64,000 nucleotides of DNA. It comes from Phallusia mammillata. Its lineage: Eukaryota. The stretch lies in the NCBI GenBank assembly GCA_965637545.1, contig OZ281495.1, positions 28,334,001 to 28,398,000 on the forward strand, in the 5' to 3' direction. A program made the position numbers and the translations under genes. The notes beneath the pieces were generated by a model. The model did no database searches and was not told the DNA's origin. It saw only the letters and a program-made list of their open reading frames with translations. Positions 24,894 to 37,021 of this stretch are shown here, piece by piece. Position 1 is the first letter of the stretch. Each line of letters starts with the position of its first letter.

Positions 24894-27800
24894 ATTGAAT
24901 TACTGAAACTTGTAGCTGTGGTAACTTTTTTTTCAGAAGGGTCAGTAAAGGATCTTCAACGAGTGAACAGTAGTAAAACCAAGCAGACACATTATTTACA
25001 CGAAATATTTCAAACCGGGACTCTTCATGGATCACAAACGTAGTTTATATTATCTTTGTCTTAAAACCGTGATGTTCCTGTTCGTGTTGTTTGTGAAAGC
25101 TACTTCGTAGTGTAATGGAGAGAAGTGGCGTCCTTTCTTTCTACAGCCTTGCCATAAAAATTAATGGGCCGAAAATTATTAGGTATACGCTTTACTGATA
25201 CTTACATCATTACGTACTACCTCTTAAAAGTTCAATCTTTCTTTTACGAATTAAATCCGTCCGATCCGACAATAATAACCGTTTCTTTCTCGATTTTTGA
25301 CGTGCTGCATTTAAAATTATATCCACAACCACATTTTTAAGTGTGTTGTCATACACACGCTATACCTGTGTACATTGAAGGTTAATATTCTTTGGGTAAC
25401 GATTATTGTCATGTTGTGGCCAACCCGAGATTTTATTCCGTCAAGAGAGCACGATTGCAAAAGCGGGGGAAGATTATAGAGAAACTACCAACAACACCCA
25501 CGAAGACTATCTTTGTTTTTGTTGAAAAACATCAGCAAGCAAATAACCCGGTTTACTGCCGGTTTTGAACAGGTACCATTTGCTTGCAAAAACGAATTCT
25601 TCAAAAAAACTTTTACGAATTAGCCTAATGAAAGTTCAATTTCTACAATAGTACTGATGCAAGATGAAACCATTTTTATGTAGGCCTAGTTTACATCCTG
25701 GCAAGTAGATTTGAGTGTTTTGTTGATGCTAAAACATATATTGTTTCACTGGTGGAAGCAGGTGTGTCCAACTTGTACAAGCTGTCGTGCCGATTTTTGT
25801 TTAACAACTTCATGCCAACGCTTGGTTTGGTAAATTTCTAACAAACTTATTTCAAACTTAATATAGCTCTTCATATTGGCAAGGTTTTATTGCCTAAAAG
25901 CTATTGGTTTATATCATGTGTAAAAGTGTATATATTTATTTTTCATTTAACTAATTAAAAATATATCCTACGCCGATGATGCTAATTATTTTTAGAGACA
26001 GCAAATTTAGTTAATTGTTAGGTATTACTGCTTATACCAGCAGGGTGCACCAAACTACCCCTCATTTATACAGCCCCAAACATTACTTGACGTGGTCGAA
26101 TAAAACACATGAAACAACGTAAAATGTTTGATGGACGTACAAGCCATCAATGCTTGAGAAGACCTGCTACTTAGGCTTGCTACGAATCAGTGGTCCCTTG
26201 GAACGTTTCCAAGTAATTGTAATACCAGCTAAATGGATCGAATAAAGCTTGAGTTAGTTATTGAAATTGTTTTACTCTTACAACACATAGGATTTGCAAT
26301 CCCGCATCATATAGGATTGATTGTACCTAGTCTCATAGAATTACAACCCTTTGTTGCAACACGGAAATAATCAAAAAACAACAGTCGTGCGCAAGCCATT
26401 ACATGCCCTTTCATTTCCTGAGATGGAATAAAGAAGCAATCTAACTTCAAATAAGACGGCTGAAAGACCACAAGCTCATTTTGCGAGACTCGGTTGAAGA
26501 ACCACTGCGTCGGATTTTCTGAGCTATGGGATCCTCGCCCACCATTCCGGCCAATTGCGAAAAAAGTTATACTACCTTTACTGGTATACCAGACTACTGG
26601 TATACTATGCCAAGATGCAGCTCAGAACCGTGTGCCTACATTTTTAAATCCCGGTTAGAATTTTGTTTGATTTTAAAGAACTCGACCGCCTCATACTTTC
26701 GGGGAAAACAATCGCCCAACTAACGTACTTTAGAAACTAACCATTTCGCAAGCAAAATCCAAAACGACATTGTTGATGATAACTTTATCAACAACTTGAA
26801 GCATGTTTATACTAGGGAATTGACAGATCCAATTTGTACTAATTCAAGCGAAAAGTTTAATTGGGAGGTCGCACTACAATATTCAGTCGACAAATTTTGT
26901 TAAGTTTGCCCTAGCGGGTCTTCGAACTATCCAAAATAACAACAAACAATACGGTTTCCGGATATAGGCACCAGCCCTTGTACGCAAGCAGTGCATTTAA
27001 TCGCAGTGAGTCCATTTCATGCAAATGATATTTTTTCGTTGTCAGTCATGGTACATCATAGTATATGAGGCCTATGTTTGAATGCGTTGCAGTGAATCAA
27101 GCCGGGCTCCCAAACATTTCTTGCCGCAAGGTATTGACTGGAAAACCTAATCTGAGGTGAGTTTAGAATTTATTATTTCATTTTGAGGCCAAGTTTTGTT
27201 GACTATTAAGATATTAGTTATAGCTTGTACAAAAAGAACATTAGATCTTAATGATTATTTTGAAACAATTTCACTAATTGCCCTTACTTTGATGTGAATC
27301 GCGAAAGGGGACATCAATGACGTAAAACTGTGGCACTAATCAATGCATAGACGCATTGTTATGGGACAGACCTGTCGCAAAACGTGAATCGTGTCAGAAA
27401 TTATGCTGTTCACCAAAGCTTCCTGTTCAGTAGCTGGAATGAGGTGATAGGTGGTAAATTTACTATTAGTCTCAAATTACAAGATTCCCAACATTGATTG
27501 TTTAACATTGTCGGTTTGTCTCAAAACCGAACAGCTTAGAGTGAGAGTCAAGCGTCGATTGTTTTGGGTTTTCGAACTGGCATGATTGAATTTCAAAATA
27601 TTTTTATGATTTTTCAAAACGGTTTCATCTCATACGCTGTCTAGAACTAATCACAGGTGAAGTTTGTTTAAGTATCTTTTTCCTAGCTGTGGTACTTTAG
27701 GTAGTACTTGTAGAACATTCCAGGGGATGCCGCGAAAGGCCTTTTTTCCATATGTCGGTTTATCTTGAAAATTGTGTCACTGCATTTCTCCTACTTGACT

Positions 27801-28941
27801 TTTACCTCATCTTTATCTTGTCTACCCTTTACGGTTTGCCTGAAAGGTAGCTTCGAGATGCAGTGACAGATCAGACGGTGCGCTGCCAGAAAAAGGTTTA
27901 ATTTCACTGCAGTAGGTAACTTGACCTCCAAGCAGCCTCAAGTAGTTTTAGCTAGAAATTTAGATGTTTGAGTTTAAATTTTAGGAACTTTTTGAAAGCA
28001 TAAGCAAGTAAACGAACTTCCTTTAATCAAAACAAGCTGGTTCGATTATTTGTAAATTTAAGTTGACGGTGTTTGATGAGCTTGGCCTAAATGTCGTGTA
28101 ACATTTGAAAGCGAACTACTAAGGCTTGAAAACAAATCAATGACAAAGCTTTTAGGACGTTGGCAACGTTTCATGCGATGATGCAGTTATGTTACGAGGG
28201 TATATGTTTCCTGCTATCCCATGTTTATGTCGAATTGCGTGCGTAAAAGCCTCACACGCATTGACTTCGCACTTTGACAAAGAACGGAAACACGGAAGGG
28301 ACGTTTTCTGACGCTGCAGTCCCTGATTGAAAATCAAGCATTGAGATTAGCGAGTGTGTTAAAAGAATGACAGTAACTAATATCGCTGAAGAAAAAACTC
28401 TTTCATTATATGTTTCGCTTTTTTAAACGATATCCGATTAAGATACGTATATGGTCGTTGTATGGATAACAGGACAAAACTTATTTTCAGTTTGCAGTTG
28501 TTTGGCATTAAGACAAATTTCAGAAGTCGAAAAAACGCTATTTGTGTTTTTTTTGTAGATTGTGTCCAATCAAAAAATCGCGCTTGAAAGTTGGCTTCGA
28601 TTTTTGTTCAGAATTCTTAGTACTATCGGAACCCCAGAAACAAGTTAGAATAGACAATCAAGTTAAAGAGTTATTTTGAACTACAGCAGGTGCATCGTTT
28701 ACTGTGCAACCGGCAAAAGGTTTTATCCGCGAGCCGGCTATGGAACGGAAATAAAAAGCTCAAACGGTTTCGTATTTATTACCCTTTTGTTTGTTTTAGT
28801 GTCAGAACCTTTAAGCTGACGTAGCAGATGCAACTTAGTTCAGAACACAGTGGTACGTGTATACTTCGCCTTGAAGAGCGTTTATATGCATAGAATTATA
28901 GAAACAAAGTACCAAACTGTAACATATATTTGCAGGTTGAA

Positions 28942-31900
28942 ATGAACACTTCGGTTAGCCTATTTAACGTGACAGAGGCAACTCCTTCGTGTCAGGTTGC
29001 TACTGGCAACCCGTGGTGCGACCAATCACAAGCTTCAAAGGTCATTGAAATTATCTACTTGACGTTAGTTTCAATCGTTGGAACTCTCGGCAACCTTTTG
29101 GTCATTTTCTCGATCGTTCTTCTTGGCAAAACTCATCAGAATGGAAATATGTTTCTTGTGAACCTTGCAATAGCGGACTTGCTGGTGAGAACTTTGGTTA
29201 AAATTAGAAAGTCAGGACTTTTGCTGCGGTTATTTTAAAACTGTCATCTTGGAACGACGTTTGTGTAAAATTAAGAATGTAAAAGTGTTGGTGGATCAGT
29301 GTTACGACAGCTTGTAATGTAATCTGTAAATGTAGATTTCATTGACACACACTAGAAGAGACACTAAATGGTTTATGTTGAAATATCCACTGTAAAGTTT
29401 GTGCATTAAATTAGTGCCACAGCGAAGTTGCATTAGTAACTTTTGTGACGACTATTCACCATTGGCTAATATGGCTTTATTGATGTCAAGCTTCTGCATA
29501 CGCTCTTCGACGTAGTTAGCCAAGCACTAATAAAGGAACTGTCTCATTGTTCGTACGTTTTTTTTTTAACGCGAACAATGGGCAAAGTTCACCACGCCAG
29601 AGATTTTAACATAGAAAATGCCGGATTTCCTTGTCGCTTTGAGGAGAAAGCTTTCCTAACTCATTGATAAGCCAATTGCTGTTATATTTAGTTCGTGACA
29701 ATAAACCCCTAAGTCTATTTTGCTGGGTTAAACACCATTTAGGCAGTTTGCAAGCGGACCTTATATTTAAATTCTATTTCGATCCAAACCAATTTTGCAG
29801 CCATACATGCCTTCGTAAAGGTCTGCGGTAACAGGATGTACGTTGTACCAGCAAATCAATACACGACCTAAATATGTACGTACGTTCTGACAAAAATGTA
29901 AAATATAAACATATGTGGTTTAGTTGGGATATAGGCCTTGTGGGCTAACATCATGGGTGTCAGTTCAGCTTAATGATATATTCATTGCTTTTTAGATGGT
30001 TGGAATATTTGTACCCCTGATTATTCCCAACGTTTACAACGGCTACAACGCTCTCTCTCCTGGGCTTTGTAACTTCAGCGGATTTATAGCAATTTTGTCA
30101 GGAGCATGTTCACTTCAAAACCTTGCAGCCGTTTCGGCCAACAGGTAATAACAGATCTTCATTGGTAGGAAGCAACAAATTATCCATGTCACAATGTGAA
30201 TTAGTCGCCTATGCGGAAGCAACCGAACAGCTCAAATAAGAATCTGTAGGGTTCGTAGAGTTAAGTAGCTGGTTGCTGGTCTTAACCTAAAATCCAACAG
30301 CCCTAAAACGTCCTGTTTAAGCCATTGTCTATTATAGCCCATTCTCCATTGTGTATGTCTTTTTTTAGTATAGGCCTGTCAGTCAAACTTTTAGGCCCAA
30401 ACGGGGTTTCCAAAAGCGATTGGTTTCGGATCGGGCTTCGGGCCCGCTTAGAGCTCTGCATCAAGCGCTGGTTTGACAAATCTTATTTTATTGTCAGTTA
30501 CAAACATAAAGTAAGGCAATAAGCAGACAAAACGTACGAGGAAAAAGTGGTTGTTTGCAATGTGTACGTAATGTTTTTATTCTGACAGGTATTGGGCAAT
30601 CTCTCGCCATGCATCTTACAGCACGGTTTTCTCAAAACGTCGCGTGTACGTCATGGTTTCGTTCACGTGGTTCTGGGCATTCTTGCTAACACTGCCACCA
30701 CTGGCCAACTTTGGAAACATTGATTTTAGGTAAAAACAAAAAACAAATATTAGAAGCAAACACTCGTCCACCAATTAAAAGTTAACGTAACTGAATGGGT
30801 TATTTTTTCTGAGTATTAACTGTTATGTGCTTTAAACAATATGTTTACTTTACACAAGATAAAGTATACACAAAACCGTATTATATTCAGTAGTTAGTAC
30901 CGAGTAGTTACAAACCACCTTACAGTTATTGGAAATTTAAACAGTTATGTGTAGCCTATGTATTCCAGAAGCTTCAGAAAGGCGTTTGAAAACGTCATAA
31001 CATTCAAAGGTTAAGGGACCCAGAAACGAATACAAAATTACCTAAGAGCTTCTATGGTGAATACCACTGTACTTGCTGCCAACGTTTTTACAATTGAAGT
31101 TGTTTTACAATTGAACAAATCGAAATCGAAGTTAAACGACAGCTGTCTTGAAATCCTGTCATTAATGTTGTTGTTTCAGGTACGATAAGAAGGCAATGGC
31201 GTGCGTTTGGTCAATGTTCAGTTCAATGGCTTACGACATCTGTCTGATGATATTTGGCATACTTTTGCCCCTAACTCTGATCTGCATATTCTACTGGGAA
31301 CTATACAAGTACGGTAACGTTCTACCCCCTGTTTTATTATGCGTTTTACGTGCATAAATTTTGTTTTGAGACAGGGTGAAATTTAAAAAAATCTCGTTTT
31401 AATTTGTCGTCGTCTGTTGATAAAAATTTGTATTATGAAACGAACGGCAATAAACGCTCTCTGCACTGTACTTTACATTAATCATTTGAACTACTAAGCA
31501 ATCAGGAAAACATTGTTCTGTTTTGGTAATGTGGATAGGGTAAAATGTGTTTGTAAAAATAGGACCTGCAAACACGAAATTGCCTGACTAGTCTAAAATT
31601 ACAATAATACGTAATTTGCCGATAAGTAAACCTATTTTTATAGGACAGTAAGGCAACGACGTTTGTGGCTTAAAACTCAAAGAAAAATGTCCAGCACTCC
31701 TAATAGTGTGAAACAATACAAGAGGTCGTTGGATACGGAAATCAACCTGTTAAAAACCTTAGCTGTGACTGTCCTCGTGTTTATCCTATGCTGGGCGCCG
31801 TATGGAATAACAGTTCTTATTGGGGAACCTGGCGTCCCACCATTGCTTCACAAGGTTGGATAAAACTTACACATAAACGGATTGTGTTGTTTTGTTATTT

Positions 31901-32157
31901 AGTCTAATTGAGTTTCTGGCATACAGGCCTTCGGTTGGTTGACTTCCACCAACTCAAGCCTGAACTTTATTATTTACGGAGTTATGAACAGAAACTTAAG
32001 GATGGGATACAAACGACTACTGGGTAGAATTTTCCGGACAAACAATTCGCGCGGGTATGAAACTGTTTATGAAACTCATCGTAAAAACTATAGTACCGAT
32101 AAGATTTGTTTTTTCAGACCTGAAAGTTCGCGGTCTTCTGCGGGTGAACAGCGGTGA
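28942..32157 (+). CDS. Melatonin-receptor-like orphan GPCR, copy 4 (~367 aa)
   Basis: Exons 28942-29184, 29996-30144, 30589-30729, 31180-31308, 31644-31854, 31927-32157. Open frame with ANRY, CWAPY and NFIIY. Confidence 0.9.
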
Positions 32158-33790
32158 GATAAATTATCCAAACACTGGTAAGGGAAATGCCCATAGAAAC
32201 TGTCATGTATTTGCCAGATTTTGTGAAGTACAATCAGCCGCAAAAATTCAATTACTTGAGTGTAAGTGAATAAGCTACACACATAGGTTGCATCTTAGAC
32301 CTTTTCGGTAACACAGCAGGCTTTTGGGCTGTACACGTAGCATGCCAATGGTTTTTATAATGCTACAGTCATATGTTGCGAATAAATACTTCGTGCACTT
32401 TATGATACTTTAACCGTGGATTTAAACGTCCTGCGTAAGTACTTTTGGAGACCTTGTATTGTGAAGTTTCGGGTTTGTATCATACGTCAAAAATGTTCGT
32501 TGTGTTTTGCCGTGCCCCGTGTTTTGTGTAAGTTTCATCCCTGTTTTATGCTGTTCTTATTGTTTATGGAAAATGCTTAGATGTGTCGTTTTTACGTTAG
32601 CAATAAAAATATTTGGTCAACTAAGATTATAAACTATACATTAAAACGAGATTTACATCATTACGTACCAACTTTTGATAACCTAGAAAGAAAAATCATT
32701 TTATTTATTTTCATTCTTTCTAAGTGCTTGCAATGTCGGTATCCGTTTTAAAAGCAACCGTTCGATGCATATTCAATCTCTGTAACAAAAAGCGAATCTG
32801 TTAACATTAAAAACCACATGTTTAGGCATTAAATTGAACTCGCCGACGGGCTTTGTTGCCAGATAGGCTACAACAGAGAACGTTAGAAAAAGTGTAAAAT
32901 TCGTCTTCACAAGGCAACAAGCACAATTAGGGCAAATATGGGATGTACTTACGGCAGCAGATAATGGGTCTGTCGGGCATTACTGTTGTGTGTGTTGATA
33001 TTTATTACTTTACGTGGCAAACCATCAATGGTAAATCCGGATATTACAATGCAAAGTCGGGACCGATAAACAGGGAAAAACTTATTGCCACAACACTCGG
33101 TACCTGATCCGCACGCAAAACAAAGGTCAATTAGGATTTAATTTGAATGTCAAGTTTTATTTATCATTTCTGGGAAGCTGAAATAAATCAAAGGCAAGCG
33201 TCACTGTTTGAAAGCATTTCCCCTTGAAACCATAACAATGAGTGTAACTACTGGCTTCTGAAGTTTTGTGTTGTTATAAATTGGCTATAACGCGTTCTTG
33301 GTCCCATGCGAGGAGGTTTAACAGCATTCTTGTTATTACTGCGATCAAAGAAGGAAGTCGTAATCATGGCCTGATACTAAGTTGCAGTTTAGTAGTATCA
33401 GTTAATCTGAAAAAATAAGATTACGAAAAAAACTCGGCAAATCAGTATCGGTTCGTTGCGTGTACATGTTTGAAATCAACAACAATAAACAACACTGTTG
33501 CACATCTAAAGTTTAACACTATAAATTATGATGTAGACTCCAAGGCAAGGCAAAAATTACTCAGTTACAGCAAGATTGGTTAGTATTTCAAGTTTACATA
33601 GGAATCTGTTGCTTGTTAGCATCTTCAATTGATTACAATTTGAGGGATCTTGTTTAATTGAATACAACTGGAGGGATCGATCTGAATATGAATGCATGTG
33701 TATCAAATGTTAAAGCTACTCACTTTACACCAGATACAACTTTATCATAGGTTGTACAACAAACATAGCTTTCATAATCGCAAAAGCGGT

Positions 33791-36182
33791 ATGAATGCAA
33801 CTAATCTAAGTCTCGTGGGCCTGGCGTTTCAAAACGTTTCGTGTCAGGATTTTACAGGAAACCCTTGGTGCGACCATTCAGATGTTTCCAAAGTCGTGGA
33901 GATCGTGTACTTGACCTTAGTGTCAGTCATAGGGACATTTGGTAATCTTTTGGTTATCTTTTCGGTTGTTCTGCTCGGGAAAGCTCACCAAAATGGAAAC
34001 GTGTTTATTGTCAACCTAGCAGTGGCGGACTTGCTGGTAAGAATAGGCAAATATCATGAGACTTTTGGGACTTAAAGACGTTTGTGCAGTTGATTGTGAA
34101 AATGAGTTTTAGAAATGGTTCGAGCACTACCAATAAAATACATTAGAAAAAATAGTTAATTTTGAACAGATGCACAGAAGCTCCAGAACGCATGTTGCCA
34201 ACGATGGTTTTGGATAAAGTCATATAGAAATAAAACTATCAGATAAAAATATTTTTATGGCCGCGAAAAAGCTGAAAGCGTCAGATCTTAAATAAATGGA
34301 TTAAGTAAAAATTTGTCGCTGTGGAGATACATTTTAAAAGCATGTGCGTATTTTTGTAGATGACTGGAATTTTTGTTCCCTTGATAATCACCAACGTTTA
34401 CAATGGTGGCAACTTCCTACCTATGTGCAGCGTCAGTGGTTTTGTTGCCATCCTGTCTGGCTCCTGCTCCTGCATTAATCTTGCAGCTGTGGCCGGAAAC
34501 AGGTACTTGTCAGTTCGCCCGCCCCTTAATGACTTGTTTACAGGCCAATGTTGCAATCCCGTGTCGTGTCCATTTTGTTTTTGCACAAATCAGTACCGTG
34601 CAACATTACGTAGCGCATTTAATGTACAGTAACTTATAATGCGAAAGTTAACTGAAACATGAGCTTTTTTGACAACAGGTATTGGGCCATCGTTCGACAT
34701 GCGACCTATAATGAAGTTTTCTCCAAACGTAACGTTTACATCATGGTTTCAATAACTTGGATGTGGAGCACTTTATTTACTTTGCCACCGATCCTTCTCA
34801 CCCAATACGGAATAAAATTTAGGTGCTACAACCCTACCCTATACATTTCATATATTATCGACAACTTAATTGGTTTAATAAGAAATTAAAAAATATCTCA
34901 CATCAACAGCTACGACTCCAAGGCGATGGCGTGTGTATGGTCTATGCGCGACTCCGTGGCATACGATGTTTGCCTTATGATTTGTGTGGTATTTCTTCCC
35001 AACATGTCAATCTGTTTCTTCTACTGGAGGCTTTATAGGTAAATACATATAGGTAAATACATAAACATATAGATTGGACTTTTAGCTGCTGTTTGTATAA
35101 TTTTAGACAAAAAAATAAATAAAAAGCACCCATCTCAGAAAAATAAAACAAGGGCCAGAAACGACGGTTTATGTCGAACCCCACCCTCTTTCCCTAACAC
35201 GGGTGGTTAGATTCTAGGGCTCCCGCGACTGGTCCCACCATCGTTACTCACTCTGCGCCACACTCACTTTCTTGTGAGCACCCGACACATAACGCCTTAT
35301 AATACGGTGTAGCTGCAGCGCGTTGTACCATTATCCACCAATTGTGCCCGACACTTTTTTGCGCTTCATAACGTTTTAACGTTGCGCAGCTATTTCTGGC
35401 TTGGTGATTGTTTTAGTGCAATTGTGTTGCTATGTTGTCTTTCACCAAGCGAAATAAACTCAACTCAAGGAGCAGAAACAATCATACTATGTTTCTATTA
35501 CGAACAGTGATTTTGGTTTAGCACTCGGCGACGTTAACAAAACGACTCATAAGCGAATCCTGCACTAACCGTTTGTTTTGTCGTGTCCTTTACAGAAGAG
35601 TAAAACACAGCGGTAAGCGGCTTCGTCGATCAAGCAGCGAAAAACCGGGAATTGAAAGAAGAGGGTCGACCAGGATCAGACAAAGATCTCTTAACAATGA
35701 AGTAAATTTGTTAAAGACGCTTGCAGTAACAGTTCTGGTGTTTTTGCTGTGTTGGGCACCATATGGAATAATGATCGTTATAGGCGACCCAAGAACCCCA
35801 CCCGTTTTGCACAAGGTTAGAGTTTTTGTACTACATTGACCACGTTAAGGTATCAATCATATTTTTTTACTACAATGGCATCGATTTTTAAAACACAAAC
35901 AAACATCCATTTTAACTTAAGATTTCAAAATATCGTCTAAATAACAAACACTATTGTGGTCCAAAGCATTATATATTACCCACAGACACGTGTAGTCTTG
36001 TTTTCTAGAACTAAATATAGCACAGTCTTTACGATGTTTTGCTTTATTAGGCATTTGGTTGGCTCACAGTTACTAATTCATCACTCAATTTTATCATATA
36101 TGGTGTCATGAACAGGCGGTACAAAAACGGTTACAAAAAAGTTCTAAAAAAACTATTCTGCGTCAAAATATATAACAGGTAA
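33791..36182 (+). CDS. Melatonin-receptor-like orphan GPCR, copy 5 (more divergent)
   Basis: Exons 33791-34036, 34360-34502, 34679-34822, 34910-35038, 35596-35815, 36051-36182. The end may instead splice at 36178 to a 4-codon exon at 36235. Motifs GNRY, CWAPY, NFIIY; same intron phases as copies 1-4. Confidence 0.88.
35306..35470 (+). repeat. Dispersed non-coding repeat, second copy at ~46839-47345
   Basis: GCAGCGCGTT...CCATTATCCAC...TAACGTTTTAACG...GCTATGT...TTCACCAAGCGAAATAAACTCA is shared with 46839-46950 plus 47322-47345. Confidence 0.75.
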
Positions 36183-37021
36183 GTAAATGCAAACTCAACA
36201 TGCTGCAAACAAACCAACAACCTTTCTTTTGCAGATACAAGTTTTGAAGTGAGGACAGAATGATGATATTTTGCCAAACCTCTATAAAAGTTACTAAAAC
36301 TTTTGGATCGTTGTGATTTGCATGCAAACAGCACCCATCTTGTTGTCCAAAGTAAACTTGGTTCTTAAATGAGCAGAGACAACAGCAACAACCAGTCTTA
36401 TTTTCGCTATCTTCCCGCCAAAACTTGAACATAGAAACAGTATCAGTTTTTTTATCGCGGAAATTGACGGCGATGTTAACGGTTAACGCTAAATTTGCAT
36501 AAACGTTTCGTTCGTTATTGCGTCTTACTTTTATTCTAATTTATCATTTTGCTGCGCTGTACCAGCTAACTGCAACAGCGTTCATGTACTTACATATCAA
36601 AACTAAGTTACCATCCTCCAAAATAACCAACTTTGCTGCCTAATACCTTAATTGGCAAATATATGTGGCTGCGATTCCTAATATTTGATATTTTCTTGCT
36701 CCTTGTACACTTCTTGATCGATCAAACAACGTTTTGTAGCGGCCTCTCTCACTTCCGTTATCGTGTGCCTTCATACTACAGCGAACCGGACAGATTGCCT
36801 TCTTTCTCTGACTCTCGTCTTATGCGTCGTATTCGCTCATTGTGTTATTCTATTGTACCTCGAATAAACACCTCGCTACAGTTTCATGTTTTGTTTTAAG
36901 AATTGTGTACAGTATAGCAGCAATAAGAGTAAAAAAAACACAAAATACAAACACATAAGAAATTCACAAACTTAAAAAAAAAAAATTATTGTGGTTTACA
37001 TAAAGGAAAGAAGTCCAGGAA

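Noticed and set aside
35032-35060. 14-bp duplication creating a second donor after GPCR5 exon 4
   Set aside because: Use of the second donor would frameshift; most likely neutral slippage.
13981-36182. GPCRs as opsins or as true melatonin receptors (MTNR1A/B symbol)
   Set aside because: There is no Lys at 7.43 for retinal, and key melatonin-pocket residues are absent, so no gene symbol was assigned.
36974-36985. A-run next to the DCAF15 stop as a retrocopy poly(A) remnant
   Set aside because: Wrong strand: it reads as a T-run on the DCAF15 sense strand.
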